A program made the translations under genes and the position numbers. 64,000 bases of DNA from assembly GCA_030390025.1 (NCBI GenBank), contig CM059425.1, forward strand, positions 173,354,001 to 173,418,000, given 5' to 3'. The stretch is from Squalus acanthias. Its lineage: Eukaryota. This document shows positions 12,125 to 24,872 of this stretch, in pieces (the first letter of the stretch is position 1; the number at the start of each line of letters is the position of its first letter). The notes beneath the pieces are model-generated. The model did not search any database, was not told where the DNA came from, and saw only the letters and a list, made by a program, of their open reading frames with translations.

Positions 12125-14887
12125 ATGGCAAGGCTGGATGGCATTTATTTTAATTCAAGGAGTCTTGCGAGTAAGGCAGATGAATTGAAGGTGTTGATGA
12201 ACACATGGGTGTATGATATTGTTGCTATCACAGAGACATGGTTGAGGAAGGGGCAGGACTGGCAGCTCAATATTCTGGGGTATAGAATCTTCAGGTGAGA
12301 CAGAGGGGGGTGTAAAAGAGGGGGTGTCGCAATATTCATCAAGGAGTCAATTACTGCTGTAAGGAGGGATGATATCTTAGCAGGTTCCTCTAATGAGGCC
12401 ATATGGGTAGAACTTAAAAACAAAAAGGGGGCAAGCACTTTGCTGGGAGTGTACTATAGGCCCCCAAACAGTCAGGGGGAGATAGAGGAACAGATATGTA
12501 GGCAAATCTCAGAGAAGTGTAGAAATAATAGGGTAATAATAGTAGGGGATTTCAACTTCCCCAATATTAATTGGGATAGTCAGAGTGTGAAAGGCTTAGA
12601 GGATGCGGAATTCTTAAAGTGCATCCAGGAGAGCTTTTTGAGCCAGCATGTAGAAAGTCCTACAAGAGAGGGGGCGGTACTGGACCTAATTCTAGGGAAT
12701 GTAGCCGGGCAAGTGGTAGATGTGTCAGTAGGAGAGCATTTTGGTGACAGTGACCATAATTCGGTGAGATTTATGGTAGTCATGGAAAAGGACAAAGATG
12801 GACCGGAAATAAAGGTTCTAAATTGGGGGAAGGCCGATTTTAATATAATAAGGCAGGATCTGGCCAAAATGGACTGGGATCAGCTACTTGTAGGAAAATC
12901 CACATCAGAGCAATGGGAGTCTTTCAGAAAGGAAATAGAGAGAGTACAACGGCAACATGTTCCCGTAAAGGTCAAGGGTGGAACCAACAATCCCAGGGAA
13001 CCCTGGATGTCAAGGGATATACAAGAATGGATTAAGAAAAAAAGGGAGGCTTTTGGCAGATACAAAGAATTAAAAACAGTGGAAGCCCAAGAGGAGTATA
13101 GAAAGTGCAGGGGGGTACTTAAAAAAGAAATTAGGAGAGTGAAGAGGGGGCAGGAAAAAACACTGGCGGGCAAAATAAAGGAAAATCCCAAGGTGTTTTA
13201 TAAGTATATTAAGGGCAAGAGGATAACCAGGGAAAGAGTAGGGCCCATTAGGGACCAAGGTGGCATCTGTGTGTAGAGCCGGAAGATGTAGGTGAGGTTT
13301 TAAATGAATATTTTGCATCTATGTTCACTATGGAGAAGAGTGATGTAGGCATAGAAATCAGGCAGGGGGATTGTGATATACTTGAACAAATTAGTATTGA
13401 GAGGGAGGAGGTACTAGCGGTTTTAGCGGGCTTAAAAGTGGATAAATCCCCAGGCCCAGACAAGATGTATCCCAGGCTACTGTGTGAGGCAAGGGAGGAG
13501 ATTGCAGGGGCTCTGACACAAATTTTCAGAACCTCTCTGGCCACAGGGGAGGTGCCAGAGGACTGGAGAACAGCTAACGTAGTACCATTGTTCAAGAAGG
13601 GTAGTAGGGATAAACCAGGGAATTACAGGCCAGTAAGCCTAACATCAGTGGCAGGGAAATTATTGGAAAAAATTCTGAGGGACAGAATTAGTCTCCACTT
13701 GGAGAGGCAGGGATTGATCAGGGATAGTCAGCATGGCTTTGTCAGGGGGAGATCATGTCTGACCAATTTGATTGAATTTTTCGAGGGGGTGACTCGGTGT
13801 GTGTTTGAGGGTAGTGCAGTTGATGTAGTCTACATGAACTTCAGTAAGGCTTTTGACAAAGTCCCACATGGGAGACTGGTCAAGAAGGTAAGAGCCCATG
13901 GGATCCAGGGCAACTTGGCACATTGGATCCAAAATTGGCTTAGTGGCAGGAGGCAGAGGGTGATGGTCGAAGGTTGTTTTTGTGACTGGAAGCCTGTGTC
14001 CAGTGGTGTACCGCAGGGATCGGTGCTGGGTCCTTTGCTGTTTGTAGTGTACATTAATGATTTAGATATGAATGTAGGAGGTATGATCAGTAAGTTCGCA
14101 GATGACACGAAAATTGGTGGAGTGGTAAATAGCGAGGAGGGAAGCCTCAGGCTACAGGACGATATAGACGGGATGATTAGATGGGCAGAACAATGGCAAA
14201 TGGAATTTAACCCTGAAAAGTGTGAGGTGATGCATTTTGGGAGGACTAACAAGGCAAGGGAATACACAATGAATGGTAGGATCCTTGGAATGACAGAGGA
14301 TCAGAGGGACCTTGGTGTGCATGTACATAGATCCCTGAAGGCAGCAGGACAGGTAGATAAGGTGGTTAAAAAGGCATACGGGATACTTGCCTTCATTAGC
14401 CGAGGCATAGAATATAAGAGCAGGGAGGTTATGATGGAGCTGTACAAAACACTAGTTAGGCCACAGCTGGAATACTGTGTGCAGTTCTGGTCACCACACT
14501 GTAGGAGGGATGTGATTGCATTGGAGAGGGTGCAGAGGAGATTCACCAGGATGTTACCTGGGCTGGAGCGCTTCAGCTATGAAGAGAGACTGGACAGGCT
14601 GGGGTTGTTTCCCTTAGAGCAGAGAAGGTTGAGGGGGGACCTGATTGAAGTGTACAAGATTATAAGGGGCATAGATAGGGTAGAGAGAAAGGAACTTTTC
14701 CCCTTAGTAGAGGGGTCAATAACCAGGGGGCATAGTTTCAAGGTAAGGGGCAGGAGCTTTAGAGGGGATTTGAGGAAAAACTTTTTCACCCAGAGGGTGG
14801 TTGGAATCTGGAACTCACTGCCTGAAAGGGTGGTAGAGGCAGGAACCCTCACAACATTCAAGAAGCATTTAGATGAGCACTTGAAAC
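12125..14887 (+). pseudogene. CR1 ORF2 (APE endonuclease and RT) with stops
   Basis: [26 protein letters not shown] and FADD motifs; stops at 12296 and 13274. Confidence 0.9.
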
Positions 14888-16260
14888 TGTAGGGGGTGGT
14901 GTGTGGGTCAGCCTCACCACTGACTTATGAGCGGTTCGAATCGCTCCCACTCCCTTGATCTAGACCTTGGGCTTATTTAGGGGTTGTGACAAAAGTGCAG
15001 CAGACAACTGGTTTTGGTGCAAGAAACTTTGATCTTTATTCAAGAAAGAAAATACAACACAACAATCTTATACTCTAATAAAAATGGGGAACATTTTAAT
15101 ACATACGAGGGAAATACAGTAGAAAATACCTCACCCCTCCCGATCCCACTTCCTCGCTAAGTTGAACTCTAGAGGACCAGGGTTTCGGGGTTCGCTGGAT
15201 GTGTTGGTCAGTGTCTGCCGTACCCCAGACGCGGTAGAGGACTTCCACTGCTGGTCAGTCTTCGTGAGTCCGCTGATGCGGTAGGGTGCGTTTTGGATTT
15301 ATGGGATGAGTACCCACTTTCCTTCTGTAGAGATAGGGTTTAGAGTTCCTTTTAAGTAAAAATCTTACCCGGGGGTAAGTCAGGAATAGATTGTAGAGTG
15401 GAAAACTTTTGAATCTTCGGTTTTCTCCTGAGTTGTTTTTCTTTGGTCGCGGTGGCTCGATATTACCAGGTTGGTTGGTGGTAATATTTTGTTGGTAGTT
15501 TCGTAAGGCTCTTGTTGCCGCGATGTGTCCGATGATGTCCTGGGTCACTGAAGCTGTTGAACTTGGGTGTACGGTAGAATGCTGCCCCGTCTCGATGCTC
15601 TGGTTTCTTCTTGTGTGTTGCTTCTAGAGAGAACTGTCTTCTTGAGAAAACAGGCCTTCAATTATACTTTGAGGGGCCTTCTAATCTGCGCGCCAAATCA
15701 GTCTCGGTTTATTGTTTGATTTGGGCAGGCTCGTTAATGGTAACTTGATTAGAAATGTGTAAAATGGTTTCGGGATGCTGTACTGATGATTCAATGAGCT
15801 GTTGAGCTCCTAGTTAATTGTCATAGCTATACTCAGGTTTCGAGTCTCCTGTCTGAGCCCGAGATTTCTATGTAGGTTGGCGAGGTGATTTGCATTATGC
15901 ATGTTTTGGAATGGGTACTGTGTTTTGGGTGGGGACTGCTCCTCCGTGGGTCGATTGTTAGGATGTTAATATCTGATAGGGGCTGAGTGAGGTCACACAG
16001 TTCCCCAGACAATTTGATTTACTCCAATACCCAAATTGTCTTTACAGAGGTTGAACCCATTCCCTGTTGCAGCCTTTTCTCCCTTTACAGGCCCAACATG
16101 CCTTTTAAAAATGCCAAATCTTGGTTTCCGACCTTGAATCTCCCTCTGTTAGGCCCAATGCGTGTTTTATCATCCTGAACCTTGTTAGAAAGAGTCCAAA
16201 GTCATTTTCCTTTGGGTTTTCTTCTAGCTTTGGGGATCTGTGAATTTTGAGAATCTTACA
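14888..16260 (-). mobile_element. Solo LTR (1373 bp) of an ERV or LTR retroelement
   Basis: TGT...ACA termini and exact 4-bp TSD AAAC (14884-14887, 16261-16264), interrupting colinear CR1 sequence. Minus-strand AATAAA at 15035-15040 suggests the orientation. Confidence 0.85.
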
Positions 16261-16732
16261 AAACGCCATAGCATACAAGACTATGGACCAAGTGCTGGAA
16301 AATGGGATTAGAATAGACAGGGCTTGATGGCCGGCGCGGACACGATGGGCCGAAGGGCCTCTTTCTGTGCTGTAGGGGTAGAAATTAGGTCGCGCCCCAT
16401 TTGGGGCGCAAATATCGTCCGCGCGCAAATATTAGCGCCTGGCGCTAATTATCGGCACTGACAGGAAACTTCACTTTTACCGCCCCGGGAGGTGAGTGGA
16501 GCGCTAAATTAGGCGCTGCACACCTCTCTTAAGGCGCAAAGGCCTAGGAGTGAGGCGCTACCTCAGCGCACGAGCGCAGCGCAGCTGCTGCCAGTTAGCG
16601 AGGGAACACAGACACACTGGCGCCGGACACTTCTTAAAGCGGGGGGGGGCCACTTGCTCCCCAGCCACACCCTGCTCATTGCAGCCTTGAATCTCAGCCT
16701 GGAGAGACCTGTAATCCATTTTGCTGCCAAGC

Positions 16733-18642
16733 ATGGAGAGGGTGAGAGAACGCGCTCATCGCTTCACCGAGCGGGCCTTGGATGCTCTGGTTGACGCAGT
16801 GGAGCGCAGACGATGCATGCTGTTCCCGGAGAGTGGCAGGAGGCCTTTGCCACGCGAGTTCAGAAGAGTGTGGAGGGAGGTGGCTCAGAGCGTCTCCTCC
16901 AGGAGCATGGTGCCCAGGACCCATGTTCAGTGCCGCAAAAAGTTCAACGACCTCACTCGGGTCGTCAGGGTGAGTGGCTTTTTCTCAATACCTCTCCATC
17001 CCTCCATCTCAACCTCACTCTATGGCCAGAGGGTCTTAAAACCCCAATGCACAACACTCATGCAACACCTATGGCCCTTTCATCAAACACACACACACAT
17101 TCCACACTTTGCATACAGTAAGGGCTATTCACCTATGGGAGGCACATCAGGCAAGACCATGGCTGCATATTGTAAGGGCTATTCACCTATGGGAGGCACA
17201 TCAGGCAAGACCATGGCTGTATATTGACTCAGATGCTGTCCTTTTTCTTGCAGGCTAAGCTGGCTCATAATCGGAGACAGCAGCAACGGACGGGTGGAGG
17301 GCGGCTTCAGCTGCAACCCCTCAGCGATCTGGAGGAGCGCGTCCACAGGATTGTGGCAAGCCGGGTGATCGGTCCCGTCGCCACTGGGGGCGCCGACCCC
17401 GTTGTGGACAGCAATGGTAAGGTCATCACCTTTTGGTCCTCTGTCCTTCCACTTGTCCCTCACAATACCAGCCTTTGACACTTTCAATCCAACTTGCTAA
17501 CTCGCTGCACTTATTCCTCCCTTACTGCCACCCTGTCCTCACGCTAAAGCCACTCTTGTACCTCCCTGCTTTCAGATGGTGATTCACCAGCTGAGGAGAT
17601 GGTCCCTGAAGCTGCCACTGGGAGTGATGCTGCAGCTGAGGAGGAAGAGGAAGCCGGAGCATCAGTACCACCCTCTCCCGAGGAAGCCCATGGCCACACT
17701 GGGAACACGCCTTCCCCGGAGGGGAGCAGGGGGGAAGGGGCTGATGATGGTGAAGTTCCAGGACCCAGCGGGCTGCAGCAACGCCATTGGGGGGGGAGGG
17801 AAGAACGGGGGAGCAGGGGGGAAGGGGCTGATGATGGTGAAGCTCCAGGACCCAGCGGGCTGCAGCCACGCCATGGGGGGGGGAGGGAAGAACGGGAGCC
17901 TTCTCCCCAGAGGGAGAGTATGCCAGACACTCCTAATGCAATGGACGCAGAGGAGGAGTGGCTGATTGCAGAAATGAACAGCCAGGCGGTGGGCATGCAC
18001 ACTGAGCTCATGGGTGCAGTGGGAAGGGTGCCCGAATGCATTGAGGCACTGGCAAGGAGTGTGGAGCACTTCGCTGTAGCACAGGCGGATGCCACACTAA
18101 AGCTTAGTGCTGCAATTCAGTCACTGGCTGCCAGGAACCCATCTGAGACTGCTCTCATGCAGACTCAGATTGAGGCCACGCGAGCACTGACTGCTGCCAT
18201 CCTCGATGGTTCGTGCACATGTCCCCGGGGCTGTCACCGCGCCGCAGCAGGCCAGCAATCTGTTCTCCGGCAAATTGCTCCGGATGCTGAAGTGCTGCCC
18301 CGTGGGAGTGCCAGTGTGTCGGGCGAGCAGGGAGTTGCTGTCCTCTCTCACGATGACAGCATTCCTGCTGCCAACACTGTCACTTCTCCACTGCACTTGC
18401 CACCGCCTGTAGGACAGACTGCTGCCGCCCATGCAGAGTTGGTGCAGTCTGCAGCCGGGCCCTCCAGGCCCAGAACTGGTCGAGGCCGTCCTTCAGGGGC
18501 ATCTGCAGTGTCAGGGTCTGACAAGCAGCAGCCTTCCACCAGCCTTGCTGCAGCCACTGAGGTCCCATTACGGAGGAGCAGTAGGGTTAGAAGGGGGGAA
18601 GTGCGCAAGGGAAGGAGATCACCCTCGAAGGGCAAAAAGTAG
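16733..18642 (+). CDS. Harbinger Myb/SANT (trihelix) DNA-binding protein; exons 16733-16969, 17254-17416, 17576-18642 (488 aa)
   Basis: RFT...LVDAV...W.EVA...QCRKKFNDL; exon 2 AKLAHN..RTGGG; GT-AG junctions keep the frame into ORF 17599-18642. Confidence 0.85.
17118..17226. repeat. Tandem duplication of a ~54-bp unit in Myb intron 1
   Basis: GTAAGGGCTATTCACCTATGGGAGGCACATCAGGCAAGACCATGGCTG occurs twice. Confidence 0.9.
17721..17895 (+). repeat. In-frame 87-bp (29-aa) tandem duplication in Myb exon 3
   Basis: GSRGEGADDGE(V/A)PGPSGLQ..H.GGREER occurs twice. Confidence 0.9.
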
Positions 18643-18936
18643 GAGGTGTGCCAAAATGCTGGTCATTTTTTTATTAAAGGCCGAGGTTCATGGCCCAACT
18701 TTTGTTTAGTGTTTTGGACATTATCTCCAGGTTGTGAGAACCAGTTATGTTATTGACTGTTTTTTTGTGTTTATTTCTATGAGTTTGTCATGAGGAATTG
18801 ACACACACAGAGTTTGTACAATAAATAAGTTTCTGTATTCAAGATATACATGGCTGGTGGTTGGAATTATTGGTGCCTTGGCTGGCTTAGGGGTTGCGTG
18901 CTGGGTTGATTCGTGTTTGTAGCAATGGCAGGGGCC

Positions 18937-20097
18937 CTAGAAGCGGCTTGCTATTAGTCGTTGACGGACGGCCCTTGCAGTTTGACCATTGTGGGCCGCC
19001 CTCCTGCCTTGGTGCTGCTGCTGATCATCGTCCTCGGCCTGTTCCTCCTCTTCCTCCTCCTCCTCTTGTGGTGCTGCAAGGCCTGGTGGCATTGGCTGCG
19101 TCCTGAGGATTGCCATGTTGTGCAACATGCAGCACACCACTACGAATTTGGAAACTTGCTCAGGCGAGTACTGCAGGGCTCCTCCGGAATGGTCCAGACA
19201 GCGGAATCGTTGTTTGAGCACGCCGATTGTGCGCTCAATAATGTTCCTGGTTGCTTGTTGGCTTTCCTGGTACCGCAGCTCAGCAGGGGTGTTTGGCGCA
19301 CGGAGCGGTGTCATCAGCCAGGTGCTCAATGCGTACCCCTTGTCCCCCAGAAGCCAACCAACTGGCTGATGCGGTGCCTCGAAAATTTCTGCCACAGTAC
19401 TCTGGCGCAGGATGAAAGCATCGTGGCAGCTGCCCGGATAGTGGGCATTGACAGCGAGAATCACCTGTCTGTGGTCACAGACCAACTGCACATTCAAGGA
19501 ATGGAACCCCTTTCTGTTCCGGAACTCCTCTGCATTCTCTCGCGGAGCACGCAAAGCCACATGCGTGCAGTCAATGGCGCCCTGCACCATGGGGAAGCCC
19601 GCTACCCTCGCAAAGCCCATAGCACGGTCATGCTGCTTGTCTGGGGTCATAGGGAAGGAGATGAAGTCTCGTCTCCTTGTGAAGAGGGCATTGGTGACCT
19701 GCCGGATGCAGCGATGCACCGCAAACTGGGAGATATTGGCGAGGTCCCCAACAGCAGCTTGGAATGAGCCAGTGGCGTAGAAGTTCAAAGCCACTGTGAC
19801 CTTCACTGCCACCGACAGAGACGTCCTGGACCTCAGCTGAGGCTGCAGATCTGGCTGCAGCAGGTGGCAGAGCTCAGTGACCACCTCCTTGCTGAATCGC
19901 AGCCTTCGCAAACACAGCTCCTCGGACATGTGGATGTAGGAGAGCTGTTCACGATATACCCTGGGAGGGTAAGCTCTCCTGTACATGCGCCTGATGGCCC
20001 TCCTCCGTCTGGCCATCATTGCCACTCTCTGTCTGCGTCTCACTCTCCTCCGATTGAGCTGGAGCAGGACGACGCCCCCAATCATTGCAGCCCCCAT
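18937..20097 (-). CDS. Harbinger DDE transposase (HARBI1-like), intact 386 aa
   Basis: [31 protein letters not shown] and IERTIGVLK.RFRCL motifs. Confidence 0.95.
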   Translation of the reverse strand: MGAAMIGGVVLLQLNRRRVRRRQRVAMMARRRRAIRRMYRRAYPPRVYREQLSYIHMSEELCLRRLRFSKEVVTELCHLLQPDLQPQLRSRTSLSVAVKVTVALNFYATGSFQAAVGDLANISQFAVHRCIRQVTNALFTRRRDFISFPMTPDKQHDRAMGFARVAGFPMVQGAIDCTHVALRAPRENAEEFRNRKGFHSLNVQLVCDHRQVILAVNAHYPGSCHDAFILRQSTVAEIFEAPHQPVGWLLGDKGYALSTWLMTPLRAPNTPAELRYQESQQATRNIIERTIGVLKQRFRCLDHSGGALQYSPEQVSKFVVVCCMLHNMAILRTQPMPPGLAAPQEEEEEEEEQAEDDDQQQHQGRRAAHNGQTARAVRQRLIASRF

Positions 20098-20652
20098 AAT
20101 CTCTTTGCCAGAAAAGTAATGAGGTACAGCAACGAAAGTAGCAGCAAAGTTAGGATGAACTAGGCAAAACTACCTCACAAAGCGTTGAGTCAATGTAGAA
20201 GTCTCTCTCTCTCTCTCTCCGAATCTCTCTCTCTCTCTCAGAACGAGTGGTGCATAAATGTCGACCACAGAAAAAGACAGGAAGAGGCCCCCTTTAAATA
20301 GCGCCCCCCCCAGCCCCACACCGATTGATAACGTTCCAGTCTTCCGGTCGTTGGAAGCGCCAGGCGGTAAGGCAGGGGGCGCCACTCAATTTCCGCTCCG
20401 GGGCGCCCCAAGGGCGTTGCACCACGGAATGACGTCACAATCTGCGCACGCAGGTGGTCGCAGCGGTAAGTTTTAGCGCCGCCGCACAATCTCAAGTTAA
20501 GTTCTCGAGCGGCGCAAACAGCGCTGCGCCCGGGCGTTAGCGCCTTAACGCCCCATTAGCGCCCTCTTAAGGCACTAACGGGAGGCGCAACCAAGTGAAT
20601 TTTTACCCTATGTCTCTATGACTCTATGAGGTGATCGCTGGATTGAAATGAA

Positions 20653-20801
20653 GGGGGCAATTTCAACTTAACCCACCTGCTGGAAAACTGATGGGATCGG
20701 ATGCAACACTGGTTTTATACCCTGCCTGATTTTACTCTCCATTGAAGTCAATGGAGTTCCACCATAGTGTTCCCGCCCAGCAAATGTGGTTAAAATTACC
20801 C
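20653..20801. mobile_element. Short MITE-like element
   Basis: Inverted termini GGGCAATTTCAAC / GTTAAAATTACCC, with an internal CTCCATTGAAGTCAATGGAG palindrome. Confidence 0.55.
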
Positions 20802-21411
20802 GTAAGTATCTAATTCACCTGCAATAGAAGTCTGCTGAACAGGGCACTATGCATGCATGTGTTTAACTGCACTTGAATTGCTATAAGAGCAGGGAGTGGT
20901 CTGAAAAGATACCTGTAATATAACTGCAGCATCCAAAGAATCAATCTTCATTACATAGCTATCACTCACTTAGGACAAAATGTGTAATACCACAATAGCT
21001 CAACAGACTGCTTTGGTACAGAATGGAAGTATAAAAGGAAACTAAATGTTCTTAATATTAAACTTTACAAATAGAAGAAGAAATATAAAGGGACATTCAT
21101 CAATCCCATGCTCCAGGAGTTACGTTTTTTTAGAGAGAAATGGTCAGAGGTAGAGCTAAAGTATAATGCCCATTCTCCAACCCACAATCCTATCAAGTGC
21201 AGCCCCCCACTGGGAGCATTGAATCAGTGAACTTACCCTTTAGTATAACCTAACACAATAATGCACAATAAAAATTAGCTGGAAAGAGAAATGCATCACA
21301 TGTAGCAGCCGAGAATGAAAGCTTAATAAATAACTATCCCACAATAGATTCATCCTTTGCAATTCATCGTGGGGCTTTTCTGTATTGTAAGTGAATAATC
21401 ATCAAAATCTG

Positions 21412-23735
21412 GGGCTGGAAGTTGCGGTCGGAGGCTTCCCGGGAGCATATGCCTCCGAACCGCAAGTAAACTCCGCACCTACCTGGTGCCTCCATAGCTT
21501 TGAAGACTCGCGCTCCTGGGCCTGCAGGCATACGCCTGCATAAAGGCCCACGTATCCCAGGGGCGCATGCGGTTCGCAAATGTCCCTGGGACCACGTGGG
21601 CCATCTAAACCAATCACATAAGAACATAAGAACATAAGAAATAGGAGCAGGAGTAGGCCATTTGGCCCTTCGAGCCTGCTCCGCCATTCAATAAGATCAT
21701 GGCTGATTTTCTACCTCATCTCCACTTTCCTGAACTATCCCCATATCCCTTGATTCCCTTAATATTCAAAAATCTATCGCTCTCTGTCTTGAATATACTC
21801 AACGACTGAGCATCCACAGCCCTCTCGGGTAGAGAATTCCAAAGATTCACCACCCTCTGAGTGAAGAAATTTCTCCTCATCTCAGTCCTAAATGGCCGAC
21901 TCCTTATTCTGAGACTGTGACCCCTGGTTCTAGTCTCCCCAGCCAGGGGAAACATTCTCCTTGCATCTACCCTGTCAAGCCTTGTAAGAATTTTGTATGT
22001 TTCAATGAGATCACCTCTCATTCTTCTAAACTCTAGAGAATATAGGCCTAGTCTACTCAATCTCTCCTCATAGGACAATCCCCCCATCCCAGGAATCAGT
22101 CTGGTGAACCTTCGTTGCACTCCCTCTATGGCAAGTATATCCTTCCTTAGGTAAGGAGACCAAAACTGTACACAATACTCCAGGTGTGGTCTCACCAGGG
22201 CCCTATATAATTGCAGTAAGACATCTTTACTCTTATACTCAAATCCTCTTGTAATAAAGACCAACATACCATTTGCTTTCCTAATTGCTTGCTGTACCTG
22301 CATGTTTACTTTCAGTGATTCATGTACAAGGACACCCAGGCCGCTCTGAACACCAATATTTCCCAATCTCTCACCATTTAAAAAATGCTCTGCTTCACAT
22401 TTCTCCACATTATATTTCATTTGCCATGTTCTTGCCCACTCGCTTAGCCTGTCTATATCCCCTTGAAGCCTCCTTGCATCCTCCTCACAACTTACATTCC
22501 CACCCAGCTTTGTATCATCAGCAAACTTGGATATATTACATTTGGTCCCCTCATCCAAATCATTAATGTAGATTGTGAATAGCTGAGGCCCAAGCACTGA
22601 TCCTTGTGGTACCCCACTAGTTACAGCCTGCTAACCCGAAAATGACCCGTTTATTCCTACTCTCTGCTTTCTGTCCGTTAACCAATCCTCAATCCATGCT
22701 AGCATATTACCCCCAATCCCATGAGCCATAATTTTGTTTAATAATCTCTTGTGTGGCACCTTATCGAATGCCTTCTGAAAATCCAAATACACCACATCCA
22801 CTGGTTCCCCCTTATCTTCTGCTAGTTACAACCTCAACAAGCTCTAACAGATTTGTCAAACATGATTTCCCTTTCATAAATCCGTGTTGACTCTGCTCAA
22901 TCCTATTATTATTTACTAAGTGCCCTGTTACCATGTCCTTAATAATAGATTCTAGCATTTTCCCTGCTACTGATGTCAGGCTAACTGGTCTGTAGTTCCC
23001 CGTTTTCTCTCTCCCTCCTTTCTTAAATAGTGGGGTTACATTTGCTACCTTCCAATCTGTGGGAACCGTTCCAGAATCTATTGAATTTTGGAAAATGACA
23101 ACCAATGCATCCACTATCTCTATAGTGGGGGAAGCTTCTGTTGAGGGGGAATTCCCATTATGCTTCAGGTGATTCCATTTACTTACAGAATTCCCAGAAG
23201 CATAATAGGAATCCCCTAAAAAACACACTTTAACAACACTGAAATAAAAATAAATCATCACATGGCCAAAATTAATTAAAATACAATTTAATTAAACATT
23301 TAAAACAAAAGTTTAATTTTTTTAAATAAATTTAAATATTTTTCAAGGGGCTAAAAATAACCTAAACTAATTCTAACGGTTTTTGTATGGTTGAATCATT
23401 AAAAAAAATTATTTTAATATTTATTTAAACTCTTATGCTGGTAAAAGAAGGCCTTATGCCTACTTTTACCAGGCGTAAGGGTTTCGTGGGCAGTCACTGG
23501 GCAGTAGTTGTGCAAATAGCTCAACCCTGTGCCAGTGAATGTCCATTTCCTGAGGATTCGTACGATCTGTCAAGCGGAAACGTGACAGATCGCAAGTTCC
23601 GGGTTTTCGCGCATGCGTACGCAGTCATAGGCCCTGGAAAATCGGGGCCATGATGTTTACGTATTTCTCCGAGGTTTCTGTGGATCTTCCGCCGAAATGA
23701 CAACAGACAATTGGGAGAACCCCCATGGAAATTCA
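21412..23735. mobile_element. Harbinger-type MITE split by a CR1
   Basis: Starts GGGCTGGAAGTTGCGG and shares the GGCCCACGTG.TCCCAGGG block (inverted) with the MITE at 8253. Right end not clearly seen. Confidence 0.55.
21617..23120 (-). mobile_element. 5'-truncated CR1 (RT region)
   Basis: ORFs 21716-22597 and 22812-23120 carry RT motifs; CATAAGAA tail at 21617. Confidence 0.92.
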
Positions 23736-24379
23736 ACACTGTTGTCTCAATAATATATACTGATTTCTTGCTGGGAAGAGCTATCATGTTCTCTTTGAGT
23801 GCAATATACATGAGAGGGGATGTGTTGAATATGCAATCAAAATTCAGTAATCTGCTACCTGAGCCAGACTGGTACCCAGTACTCCAGAGTACTATTGATG
23901 ATTGGCCAGCCATCCTAACTCATTAATGGGACTTAGAGGGGTAGACGCATCACCACTCGCTGGGATTCTACCCACATGGCTCTAAATTACCATGTGGGTT
24001 AGTGAGAACAGGTGTGATGGGAAGTCTGATCCTAGCTAGAAAAGGAGCAGAAGATCACCAGTGCGCTGTGTTGGTAAGCTGCAAGATTTTAGCTGGTTAA
24101 ACTCCAGTGGTACCTGTGCACACAAGTGGGGCACCTTAACTTTTGCTCTCGCCAATCTACACCTAAGATCTCTAAACTTAGGGAAGTAAGGTGTGTCCCT
24201 AAGGATAGAAAGTATTCACTCCATATTAAGCAAACAACAATTCTCCATCTGTGAATTTCTAAGTAGTTTGTTTTAGAGACTCAAGCACAATGATGGCTTT
24301 CAACACAGGTGTCAGGCATCAAGTTGAATATTTATTTAGTTTCCTACCATCTCGTCATGATAGCTTCCTTCAGTCTTAC

Positions 24380-24872
24380 TTGGGACAAGTTAAGAAACAA
24401 AAGATGGCTTTCGATTAGGCACTTTATAGCCTTCTGGACTCAACATAGAGTTCAACAATTTCAGACCATATCTTCTGCCGCTATTCTTTTTTTTCCCATT
24501 CATTTTTTTTTCTCTCTGTCCCACATGGCAGCTGTCTTTCATTCTGCCAGTGCCATTTACACTTCATCTAGAGCCATCTTTTGTTTCTTAACTTGTCCCA
24601 TTACCATCTCCTTTTGCCTTGTACCATCTCTTAATCTCTCTTAATCTCTCTTAATGTCTCTTAATCTCTCCTGCCTTCCATCCGATCACAGACCTTCCCT
24701 TTTGTTCTTTCCTCCCCTCCCCCCTTTCCCTGCCCCTGCACTTGCTTAAAAACCTGTTCCATCGCCAGCTTTTTCCAGTTCTGACGAAGGGTCATCGACC
24801 TGAAATGTTAACTCTGTTTCTCTCTCCACAGATGCTACCTGACCTGCTGAGTATTTCCAGCATTTTCTGTTA
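24380..24872 (+). mobile_element. Penelope-like 3' fragment with a short 5' inversion
   Basis: FRLGTL*PSGLNIEFNNFR at ~24410 matches the ORF end at 60272. 24380-24409 is the reverse complement of ~24572-24600. Confidence 0.8.
24777..24813 (+). ncRNA. Minimal hammerhead ribozyme (stem III palindrome decayed)
   Basis: AGTT-CTGACGA-A-GGGTC-ATC-GACCT-GAAA-TG-TT-AACT. Confidence 0.65.

Larger units (their letters stand above)
16376..20608. mobile_element. Apparently intact autonomous PIF/Harbinger DNA transposon (element A)
   Basis: TIRs GGGTAGAAATT / AATTTTTACCC, flanks TAG/TAT, convergent Myb/SANT and DDE genes, CpG-rich subterminal repeats. Confidence 0.92.
10600..20629 (+). mobile_element. 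Full-length CR1 LINE whose 3' end is split by a solo LTR and a Harbinger
   Basis: ORF1 and ORF2 run 11055-14887; the 3' end resumes at 16261-16375 and the CTCTATGA tail at 20609-20629. 5' boundary is approximate. Confidence 0.9.

Noticed and set aside
12580..14861. Multiple minus-strand ORFs (also seen over other CR1 and Harbinger copies)
   Set aside because: Antisense shadows of transposon coding sequence, recurring in each copy.
15255..15548. Accessory gene inside the LTR
   Set aside because: Short, non-ATG start and no recognisable motif.
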